IMG/VR virus record: IMGVR_UViG_3300034356_001764
Span: 16,204 to 80,203 of that record
Direction: 5' to 3' (one strand)
From: a virus
Length of the DNA stretch: 64,000 nucleotides
Below, piece by piece: positions 57,023-64,000 of the stretch (position 1 is its first letter; each line of letters starts with the position of its first letter). The translations under genes were made by a program, and so were the position numbers. The notes beneath the pieces are model-generated. The model saw only the letters and a program-made list of their open reading frames with translations. It did no database searches and was not told the origin of the DNA.

Positions 57023-57208
57023 ATGATTGTAAAATTTATGATTGAAGAGATTGAAGGGATTTTAATCTTGTTAGGCAAACCTGCTGATGCAGTTATGTTA
57101 GATGCATTTAATGAATTACCTGCTGAAGAGGTTAAAGCCTTCAGAGATAGTATTGCAGAAGAGTTTGGGATATTAAACCCAAGTAAACACTTACTGTTAA
57201 TAGATTAA
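57023..57208 (+). CDS. Early small acidic protein
   Basis: Follows repeat 1; downstream terminator. Confidence 0.6.
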   Translation: MIVKFMIEEIEGILILLGKPADAVMLDAFNELPAEEVKAFRDSIAEEFGILNPSKHLLLID

Positions 57209-57211
57209 ATA

Positions 57212-57233
57212 AAGGGGGAGTGATCCCCTTTTA
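57212..57233 (+). terminator. Intrinsic terminator (GTGA loop)
   Basis: GGGGA-GTGA-TCCCC-TTTT. Confidence 0.65.
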
Positions 57234-57260
57234 TTATTGTAAAACTTAAAATTAAATATC

Positions 57261-57434
57261 ATGAAAAAGATAAACTTAACTTATGAAGAAATAGAGTTAT
57301 TGCAATTTCTTGTAAAGATTGTAGACCAACCTTATTTTATAAATGAGGAAATGTATGAAAAAATTGATGCACTACAGTTAAAGCTAATAGCTATGAGAGC
57401 TCAATTAGAATATTTAAAAGTAAGAGAGGAGTGA
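57261..57434 (+). CDS. 57-aa early protein (missed by ORF track)
   Basis: MKKINLTYEEIELL...KVREE; AACTTAAA leader; stop codon lies in the terminator loop. Confidence 0.65.
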   Translation: MKKINLTYEEIELLQFLVKIVDQPYFINEEMYEKIDALQLKLIAMRAQLEYLKVREE

Positions 57435-57472
57435 TCCTCTTTTCTTTTTATACTGATACTAAAACAACAAAT

Positions 57473-57685
57473 ATGAATGCAGAAACATTAATACAAGTAG
57501 TAGAAATAATTGATTCTAGACTACAAGTAATTGAAGAATCATTTACTTATGATCCTGATAGGGAAGAAAGTATAGATATGGCTCAACAAATAGGTAAAGA
57601 GAAAGCTCTTGAAGAATTAAAAGATTATCTACAAAAGTACATTGATAATCAAGTAGCTCACATGGAAACAGAACAAGGGATGTAA
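57473..57685 (+). CDS. Early helical protein, paralogue of 58968-59153
   Basis: Likely start MNAET; shared IDxRL/I and AL..L...LQ..I....A.ME...G pattern. Confidence 0.65.
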   Translation: MNAETLIQVVEIIDSRLQVIEESFTYDPDREESIDMAQQIGKEKALEELKDYLQKYIDNQVAHMETEQGM

Positions 57686-57706
57686 TATCCCTTTTTCTTT
57701 TTACTT

Positions 57707-57748
57707 AGCCTTCGGCAGCCTTTGATACAGCTTTATACTGTTATGGAT
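57707..57748 (+). promoter_or_regulatory. 42-nt early repeat copy 2
   Basis: Same length and core as 56960-57001. Confidence 0.55.
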
Positions 57749-57783
57749 AATATATTGTTTAACCCATTTAAAAACTATTAAAA

Positions 57784-58071
57784 ATGGACACTGTAAAAAC
57801 ACAAGGGATTCTTAAATCCGTAGGTAATGCTGTTAAGGCAAATGTTAATGGAACAATGTTCCGTACTTGCACTGTTGAAATCAATGACAAAGTATACTTT
57901 GCAAAGATTTGGGAAAAGTCATTCCAGAACGGTGTTACTATTGGTAACTCTTACACTGTTGAATTGCAACAAGATGGTGACACTGTTTGGTTAACTGTAC
58001 TTAACGGTTCAAGTGCAAACATTGCAAGCAAAGAAGACTTTGCACACTTGTTTGCAGGATTAACTGTATAA
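57784..58071 (+). CDS. Small beta-rich (OB-fold-like) early protein
   Basis: Beta-strand pattern; flanked by repeat 2 and a terminator. Confidence 0.6.
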   Translation: MDTVKTQGILKSVGNAVKANVNGTMFRTCTVEINDKVYFAKIWEKSFQNGVTIGNSYTVELQQDGDTVWLTVLNGSSANIASKEDFAHLFAGLTV

Positions 58072-58078
58072 CAAAATT

Positions 58079-58111
58079 GAACACACTCTTAACGGGGTGT
58101 GTTCTTTTTTT
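58079..58111 (+). terminator. Intrinsic terminator
   Basis: GAACACACTC...GGGTGTGTTC-TTTTTTT. Confidence 0.7.
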
Positions 58112-58634
58112 CATTCTTGTGATCCTATGGTGTTTTAGAGATCCAAAATTACGGGGGTAGTATCCCATAAACATTGGAAAACATTGTTGGAATCCTAACT
58201 TAGCCTCCGGCATCCTTGCATACATAGAACATTGTGTTCTATTGACCGGTCTTCAGAAGACATCTATGGTTGTATGTAGCAAATATTTGTAGAAATTATG
58301 GAGATCCACAGGAGACAACTAAGATTGTTTGTAGCAAAAAGTAATTTGTAACTAGTTGAGGATAAATAACTTAGGATAAGTGTGTGAATGAAAGTGATAG
58401 AATGTGATCAACCTTCAACTAATATTAACCTACCTTAGTCAACACATATTCCTACTAAAGCCTTAGACTAATACAAATTATATAGCTACATATAACTTAG
58501 TGTAGTGATCACACTATTACTATTACTCTATATACTATCTTATCTATTACTTGGTCTTTAAAGAAGACAGTAAGGGCTACCGGGATATTGATTTGAGCCA
58601 CAAAAATATTATTAACCAACTTAAAACTTAACTT

Positions 58635-58718
58635 ATGGAAAAAGTAATTGACATTGGCTACAAAGTAGCAATTATACTATGGTTCTTTATAGAACTATAT
58701 TACTTGATAACAACTTAA
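58635..58718 (+). CDS. 27-aa single-TM micro-protein (missed by ORF track)
   Basis: MEKVIDIGYKVAIILWFFIELYYLITT with AACTTAAAACTTAACTT leader. Confidence 0.5.
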   Translation: MEKVIDIGYKVAIILWFFIELYYLITT

Positions 58719-58729
58719 AACTTATACTT

Positions 58730-58948
58730 ATGTTTATTAAATACACTACATTCTGCCTAACTATTATAACTACTATAGGTGTAATAGCTTTATTTCTTTT
58801 TCCAAGAGATCCCAAATTAAAATCAACTGAGTATCTTATGGAAGTATATGATGATGGATACTACATATACTGTGACCAAGGATTTGTTGGTGTTGTACCA
58901 TTAGGTAACACAGCACTGGATTCATTAATGATAGATTATAACCAATAA
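58730..58948 (+). CDS. Membrane-anchored early protein
   Basis: Likely start MFIKY after AACTTAAAACTTATACTT; N-terminal TM. Confidence 0.6.
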   Translation: MFIKYTTFCLTIITTIGVIALFLFPRDPKLKSTEYLMEVYDDGYYIYCDQGFVGVVPLGNTALDSLMIDYNQ

Positions 58949-58967
58949 CTAACTTAAATATATACTT

Positions 58968-59153
58968 ATGGAAAACCCTCATAAAATAGATCTTGTTGCT
59001 ATGATTGATGCAAGAATTAACATGTATCAGAAAGCTGATGCTAATGAACCTTTCTATCAAGGAGCTATAGCTGCTCTTAGAAGTTTAGGAGAAGAACTAC
59101 AAATGTCTATTGAAGCTGACATAGCTGCAATGGAAAGCAATACAGGAGAGTAA
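58968..59153 (+). CDS. Early helical protein, paralogue of 57473-57685
   Basis: See paralogue. Confidence 0.65.
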   Translation: MENPHKIDLVAMIDARINMYQKADANEPFYQGAIAALRSLGEELQMSIEADIAAMESNTGE

Positions 59154-59183
59154 TCTTCTGTGTATTAATTAACTTAAAAATAT

Positions 59184-59378
59184 ATGATTATGAAAAGAAT
59201 GTCTGATTACAATTGGAATTGGTGGTTTATAGTAAACCTTATTGGTATTGTCATTGGTATGTCTATTGCTCTAGTAGCAAAAAGTACAGATGATCTATGG
59301 TTAGCTGATATAATATTAATTATCACCGTAATATCATTTATCCCTTGCCTATATGTAGGCATGAAACCAGAAGAATAA
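59184..59378 (+). CDS. Small 2-TM membrane protein
   Basis: Two hydrophobic helices. Confidence 0.6.
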   Translation: MIMKRMSDYNWNWWFIVNLIGIVIGMSIALVAKSTDDLWLADIILIITVISFIPCLYVGMKPEE

Positions 59379-59393
59379 CTAAAAACAAATAAT

Positions 59394-59558
59394 ATGAACA
59401 ATCTATTTAACCTTATCCTTATTGTATTATCAGGAGTAACTTGTATTCTAGCTGTCACAGCTGAAACTACAGAAGTATTTATGCTTGCTAGCACAGCAAT
59501 GTTTTTATGTGCATTACTATTTCTATTAAATCTTAAACACCCATTATTTAAAAAATAA
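59394..59558 (+). CDS. 54-aa 2-TM membrane protein (missed by ORF track)
   Basis: MNNLFNLILIVLSGVTCILAV...LFKK. Confidence 0.6.
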   Translation: MNNLFNLILIVLSGVTCILAVTAETTEVFMLASTAMFLCALLFLLNLKHPLFKK

Positions 59559-59633
59559 AAGTTATGATCCTAACCAGTACAAGGATTTAGCTGATTAACT
59601 TTGTACAATTGATTAACTCTTAAAACTCTGATT

Positions 59634-59783
59634 ATGAAAAAAACAAATCTTTACATTGCTATTTACTTTACAATAGCAATTATTTTTGCAACACTTGTTA
59701 GCTCTTGTGCTACAACTCATGCAAAGTGTGATGCCTATGGTCAGGCTAACTATTCACAGAATCAAGATACTGCTTCTAAGTAA
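59634..59783 (+). CDS. 49-aa lipoprotein (missed by ORF track)
   Basis: MKK + hydrophobic core + LVSSC lipobox; mature part CATTHAKCDAYGQ... Confidence 0.65.
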   Translation: MKKTNLYIAIYFTIAIIFATLVSSCATTHAKCDAYGQANYSQNQDTASK

Positions 59784-59805
59784 GTATTCTTGTAATGATC
59801 ATTAT

Positions 59806-59833
59806 AAGAGAGCTCAAAAGGCTCTCTTTTTTT
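59806..59833 (+). terminator. Intrinsic terminator
   Basis: AAGAGAGC...GCTCTCTT-TTTTT. Confidence 0.7.
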
Positions 59834-59854
59834 TATTTACTAAAATTATTTGTT

Positions 59855-60097
59855 ATGTCAATGAGAAAACTACAAGAGGAATTAGAAAACCTTAAAGATG
59901 AATTGTATGTGCTTCACTTTGCTGAAGCAAGTCCAGAACTTTATAAGGAGAAGAGATCTGAAATTGAATACAAAATTGCATGTCTTGAAGAAAGAATTGA
60001 AGAAGAACAAAAGCTTAATCCATTTAGAATGATGCTATTTGGATTTATTATCATTGCCTGCGGCATAGTATTATGGGCGTATGTAGCAAAACATTAA
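59855..60097 (+). CDS. Coiled-coil protein with C-terminal TM
   Basis: Likely start MSMRK. Confidence 0.6.
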   Translation: MSMRKLQEELENLKDELYVLHFAEASPELYKEKRSEIEYKIACLEERIEEEQKLNPFRMMLFGFIIIACGIVLWAYVAKH

Positions 60098-60116
60098 TAA
60101 CTAAAACTATCTGATT

Positions 60117-60656
60117 ATGAAAAAACTAATTAAATACTTTGAAAATATTAATCTTAATGTAAAGTTTGCTTTTGGGCTTATTTTACTATTATCATTGATG
60201 AGTCTAACCCTTAACTATTCTAGTAATGAAAAGCTTATTGCTATACAAGGAGAGACTGAAGAAATAAGCAAGATCATTATAAAGGATGAAGTCCAGTTTT
60301 CTGAGCTGGAACTTAAAAATCTATTGCTTGAACTTAACATAAGATTCCCGCACATAGTATTAGCTCAGTCTAAGCTAGAATCTGGAAACTTTAAATCACG
60401 TATCTTTCTTGAGAACAATAACATGTTTGGAATGAAAGAAGCCAAGAGAAGACCAACTACTAACAAAGGCACACAAAATGGACATGCTTACTTTGAGTCA
60501 TGGAAAGATTGTGTTATTGATTATGCATTCTACCAGGCTGCATATCTTAATAGTCTGAAAACAGAAGACCAGTACTATCAGTATCTTTCAGCTAGTTATG
60601 CTGAGGATCCTAACTATGTTACCAAAGTAAGACAAATGGCAAATTCACTTAAGTAA
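60117..60656 (+). CDS. Membrane-anchored glucosaminidase (GH73/FlgJ-like)
   Basis: LAQSKLESG, NNMFGMK and YAEDPNY motifs; N-terminal TM. Confidence 0.75.
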   Translation: MKKLIKYFENINLNVKFAFGLILLLSLMSLTLNYSSNEKLIAIQGETEEISKIIIKDEVQFSELELKNLLLELNIRFPHIVLAQSKLESGNFKSRIFLENNNMFGMKEAKRRPTTNKGTQNGHAYFESWKDCVIDYAFYQAAYLNSLKTEDQYYQYLSASYAEDPNYVTKVRQMANSLK

Positions 60657-60669
60657 TTACTAAAATTTA

Positions 60670-60888
60670 ATGATGAATAATACTATCACATCTGTCCTTG
60701 GTTTCAACTTCAATGTTGAGATCAGGGACCAGAATGATGAGGTTATTAGGACTGGAGCTAAAACTACATATTCATGTGGATATAAAAAAAGAAAGCCTAA
60801 GCCTTGCATTCTAGACACAAGTTTCTTTACACACTATAATGAAGCTCTCTTAGCTAAAATAAGAGACTACAGAAGACAAAATGATTAA
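60670..60888 (+). CDS. Hypothetical protein
   Basis: In-operon ORF. Confidence 0.55.
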   Translation: MMNNTITSVLGFNFNVEIRDQNDEVIRTGAKTTYSCGYKKRKPKPCILDTSFFTHYNEALLAKIRDYRRQND

Positions 60889-60890
60889 GT

Positions 60891-61310
60891 ATGAATATAT
60901 CTGTAAACTATGATGATACTGATGTAGCAAAAGCTCTCAGTAAAATTATTAAAGATCCTAATTCTGAGGAATTTGTCAAGCTGATTACCCCAATGATATG
61001 CTCTAGTGCGCAGGCATGTAATCAATTTTTTAAGCTTATGCTTGGTAATAAACTACCAGATGTAATGCCGGTTGGTACATTGTGCAAATTAGAGGTGAGT
61101 CAGTTAGGATATGGTAGTAACAAAGATGAAATTAGAGCTAAATATGCTGATGCTGATGACAAAATAGTTGTTAAAGTCAAAGAGTTTAGAGGATATCATG
61201 AGTATTCTGATTATGAGGTAACTTATAATAATATAAAACCTAATGGTGATATAAATATTGAAAGTACTTATACATCTACTAGACAGCTAGACATAATTGA
61301 AGAGATTTAA
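60891..61310 (+). CDS. Hypothetical protein
   Basis: In-operon ORF. Confidence 0.6.
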   Translation: MNISVNYDDTDVAKALSKIIKDPNSEEFVKLITPMICSSAQACNQFFKLMLGNKLPDVMPVGTLCKLEVSQLGYGSNKDEIRAKYADADDKIVVKVKEFRGYHEYSDYEVTYNNIKPNGDINIESTYTSTRQLDIIEEI

Positions 61311-61351
61311 GATAGTATATCTGTGGATATGCTTTTCCTGACCAAATGAGT

Positions 61352-61375
61352 AGGGGAGAGAAATCTCCCCTTTTT
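61352..61375 (+). terminator. Intrinsic terminator (GAAA loop)
   Basis: GGGGAGA-GAAA-TCTCCCC-TTTTT. Confidence 0.75.
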
Positions 61376-61467
61376 CATTGTGTAGCTATATAATGCCAAA
61401 TTTTAAAGGTTTAAAGATTAAACATATAATATTATATCATACATTTACTAATCTTTATGTATTTACA

Positions 61468-61737
61468 ATGTTATATCAGCTGCCCAACGGCAAGGTAATT
61501 TATATTTCAATTGAGCAATTCCTAGAGCTCACTGATGAGGATATCCAGTACATGATGTCAGTAGATTATGGTGATTATACAACAAATCCTTTCACTGATT
61601 CGGCAGTAATACAAAATTCAAAAGAAAAACACTATGATTTTGATTATCTAGTAGATGATGAAAATGATAATGAACCCATATCAGATGATGACCCATTTGA
61701 TGATATAATAGACCTTACGGATCCTTTGGATTATTAA
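61468..61737 (+). CDS. Highly acidic small protein
   Basis: Likely start MLYQLPNGK; Asp-rich C-terminus. Confidence 0.6.
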   Translation: MLYQLPNGKVIYISIEQFLELTDEDIQYMMSVDYGDYTTNPFTDSAVIQNSKEKHYDFDYLVDDENDNEPISDDDPFDDIIDLTDPLDY

Positions 61738-61850
61738 TATTCTGACTTGCAATAAGAATATTATCACTTACTTATAGCTTGAGTGGCTATAAGTATAGTA
61801 TTTCTACTCAAATTCAATTCATTTATTTTCTAACAATTAATTTTTGTGCT

Positions 61851-62318
61851 ATGAACTCAAAAGTAACAGTTGTGGCTGATGCTACTACAAATGCAGTGAT
61901 TAACAAATCAAACAATCCAGAGTATGGTTATGTTAAACTTGCTCAACCAAGAACAACAATTGATGATAATGGTTTCCTAAGAAGAACAGTATTGACAGCT
62001 TTAATTCAGGCTCCAATTGCAATTTTGCAGGAGATGGGTTATTATGCTGGTCAAATCTTAGAAGGTAAGATTATCATTAAAGAATCATTGACTCCTTTCA
62101 ACAAGAAAGATCCAAGCCGTGATTTGAAAGTTGCTGGTAAAAGCGGTATTCCTTGTACTATTGAAGGTAATCCTATTTACCGTAAAACTGTGTATGCTCA
62201 AGCAGGTAATGCTGAGGATATTACAATTCAACATGATAATACAGAAGAACTACGCAATGCTTATGCAGCAGAGCAAGGATCTTCTGCTATTCAACCTAAT
62301 CAAGAGTTTTCACTCTAA
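61851..62318 (+). CDS. Conserved protein, possibly SSB/OB-fold-like
   Basis: Likely start MNSKV; beta-rich; strong terminator downstream. Confidence 0.5.
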   Translation: MNSKVTVVADATTNAVINKSNNPEYGYVKLAQPRTTIDDNGFLRRTVLTALIQAPIAILQEMGYYAGQILEGKIIIKESLTPFNKKDPSRDLKVAGKSGIPCTIEGNPIYRKTVYAQAGNAEDITIQHDNTEELRNAYAAEQGSSAIQPNQEFSL

Positions 62319-62339
62319 TAGGTTAATAATGATCACTAT

Positions 62340-62370
62340 AGGGAGCTGAGAAATTGGCTCCCTTTTTTTT
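62340..62370 (+). terminator. Intrinsic terminator
   Basis: AGGGAGCTGA-GAAA-TTGGCTCCCT-TTTTTTT. Confidence 0.75.
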
Positions 62371-62384
62371 ATTGTTTAAATTAA

Positions 62385-62909
62385 ATGTATATGATTATGG
62401 AAAAGCAAAACACAAAACAAAAATTTGAGTATTCAGGGAATCTTGAAAACTATCAACTGATTAACCAACGTCCAACTGTAATGCAGTATGAGACAGATTG
62501 TTATTCTCAGTATCAGAACTATCTCTATAAGAGAGCACTTTATGGCCTGGAAGCATTATCACCACAAGAAATGAGTGCAATGTGCAGTAAGAAAAAACAA
62601 AGAGTGATTAATGTTTACAAGAGAGCACAAGTTGTACTTAATAAGTTTAAGCAACAAGTTACTATTCAGTATACTAATGTTTTCTTCAAGACTTTGTTCC
62701 CAAATAGTCCAATTACAGACTTCTTATTGTCTGAAGTTGAGACAGATGAGAAGTTCAAAAACACTCTAACTTTTAAAGATTTAAACATATCTAAAGAACA
62801 AATTATTGGTATCTTTATGTCTGAAGGTATCCTTCCTAAAAACTTTTTAAGTTTAGAAAGAGATCCTAATCATTTACCAAGATTAAAAAATGAAGTTAAA
62901 AGTATGTGA
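62385..62909 (+). CDS. Hypothetical protein
   Basis: LYKRALYG...LTFKDLNI...GILP pattern; start may be 62397. Confidence 0.6.
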   Translation: MYMIMEKQNTKQKFEYSGNLENYQLINQRPTVMQYETDCYSQYQNYLYKRALYGLEALSPQEMSAMCSKKKQRVINVYKRAQVVLNKFKQQVTIQYTNVFFKTLFPNSPITDFLLSEVETDEKFKNTLTFKDLNISKEQIIGIFMSEGILPKNFLSLERDPNHLPRLKNEVKSM

Positions 62910-63294
62910 TGGATGTGGCAAAGAAAGGCCCATCTGGAAGAGTAGCGGAACTGGGGGATTAAAATTATGCCAACAATGCTGGAGTTGCCACAAAAGCGGA
63001 GAGAATATACAGAAACCAACAAGTTCTGAGATCCCCCGTGTTTCTGCCAAAAGAGCAAAGAAGGATGCTGAGTACAGTAAACTAAGACAAAGGTATCTTA
63101 CTGATAATTTTATGTGTGTAGTAAAGGTGAACGGATGTGGCCATGGTGCCACTGATGTTCATCATACATACGCAGGAGCTAACAGAGATGCTTTTTATTT
63201 AGTGCAAAGTACTTGGATACCAGTTTGTAGAAACTGTCATGATTGGATTCATTCTCACCCAGAACAAGCAAGAACAATGAATTGGTTAAAATGA
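62890..63294 (+). CDS. Zn-binding HNH-type endonuclease
   Basis: CDGC...CQQC; C...C...ATDVHH...VCRNCHDWIH. Confidence 0.7.
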   Translation: MKLKVCDGCGKERPIWKSSGTGGLKLCQQCWSCHKSGENIQKPTSSEIPRVSAKRAKKDAEYSKLRQRYLTDNFMCVVKVNGCGHGATDVHHTYAGANRDAFYLVQSTWIPVCRNCHDWIHSHPEQARTMNWLK

Positions 63295-63300
63295 TTGTAT

Positions 63301-64000
63301 ATGATTAAAGAAAAATTAAAAAGAAAGTCTGGTCCAAAATATAATATTGATAACCAGATATTTGGTTATTTAACTGTATTAAAATATGCTGGTGCTGGTA
63401 AACAACTTTGTAAATGTACTTGCGGTTGTGAAACAACTATTTCTACTGGATCACTTATAGGAGGACATAGAACAAGTTGTGGATGTAAAAAATATTATAG
63501 AGAACCGTCTAAAGATTGTACTAAGTGTGGAGTTACTTTATCAGATAAAAACAAAGCACATGCTAGAAAATATAAGAATGGTACATTTGCTAAATCTAGT
63601 GTTTGTAAACACTGTAAAAGTAAAGCTTCTTTTTGTTTTTATAACTATGAAGATTCAGAAATTGAAAAACTAAGTTTAAAAAGAAATAAAGATATAGCAA
63701 GACAAATTTCTTGGTACAAGAATGGAGAAGTTTATAAAAAAAGAGATGTTGCTTATAAGAAAAAACTTACAGCAGATCTTCATGATAAGTATATTACAAA
63801 AGTATTACTTGGTGATGGTTATTCTAAACAAGAAATTACTCCAAAACTAATAGAATCTAGAAGAGCTCAACTTAAAGTTTATAGAGAAAAAACAGGATAT
63901 TCTTGTGAAGAAGATTATATTAAGTATGAGTACAAAGGAGTAATGTATAATCAAAAGAATTATTGTGAAATGCTTGCAAAAGAATCAGGTCTTAGTTTTG
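63301..64000 (+). CDS. Homing-endonuclease-like Zn protein, partial (runs off window)
   Basis: MIKEK...FGYLTVL...CKCTCG...L.GG..TSCGC N-terminal motif typical of phage HNH/AP2-type homing endonucleases. Confidence 0.6.
   Translation, partial: MIKEKLKRKSGPKYNIDNQIFGYLTVLKYAGAGKQLCKCTCGCETTISTGSLIGGHRTSCGCKKYYREPSKDCTKCGVTLSDKNKAHARKYKNGTFAKSSVCKHCKSKASFCFYNYEDSEIEKLSLKRNKDIARQISWYKNGEVYKKRDVAYKKKLTADLHDKYITKVLLGDGYSKQEITPKLIESRRAQLKVYREKTGYSCEEDYIKYEYKGVMYNQKNYCEMLAKESGLSF

Noticed and set aside
56960-58222. Early repeats as a CRISPR mini-array
   Set aside because: Copies are 500-750 nt apart and separated by genes.
58001-63673. ORFs 58001-58225, 58836-59060, 59207-59494, 59686-59895, 62131-62349, 62870-63152, 63479-63673
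   Set aside because: They are antisense to, or overlap, better-supported plus-strand genes and terminators.
1-64000. Stop-codon recoding as in some Crassvirales
   Set aside because: Long genes are intact in the standard code, and TAA, TAG and TGA all appear as terminal stops.
1-64000. tRNA/rRNA genes, DGR or integrase
   Set aside because: No cloverleaf with GTTCRA, reverse transcriptase or recombinase motif recognised by eye; a tRNAscan run would be needed to exclude tRNAs fully.

Overview
AT-rich (roughly one-third GC by eye) dsDNA phage segment with Crassvirales-like gene order and a probable Bacteroidota host. The host call rests on TAnnTTTG/TTTG promoters, leaders without a Shine-Dalgarno sequence and SC-type lipoboxes. 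Positions 1-56.6 kb are a minus-strand middle/late block. Read in the direction of transcription it holds: a C5 methyltransferase, candidate anti-defence sponges, GroES, fibre/spike genes, a lysis cassette, a PD-(D/E)xK nuclease, terminase, portal, putative scaffold, major capsid protein, a cluster of Lys-rich small proteins, ring/auxiliary-capsid/Cys-rich structural genes, a muzzle-like tail protein and large ejected-cargo proteins. Positions 56.9-64 kb are a plus-strand early-type region of small ORFs. Main finding: a recurrent [M/F/Y/A/K]-[Q/K/A]-x-G-G motif falls at the module boundaries of three large cargo proteins and five small basic proteins. One cargo protein is polyvalent (SET, HAD, Zn ribbon, GNAT, peptidoglycan hydrolase). 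In two cases the module after GG also appears as a stand-alone gene or gene start. This suggests a double-glycine polyprotein processing or capsid-loading system. Also seen: N4-like GNA-triloop hairpin repeats ahead of early genes, a candidate phage late-promoter motif and a 16-bp motif in three intergenic regions. All family assignments come from motif recognition by eye; no database searches were run.
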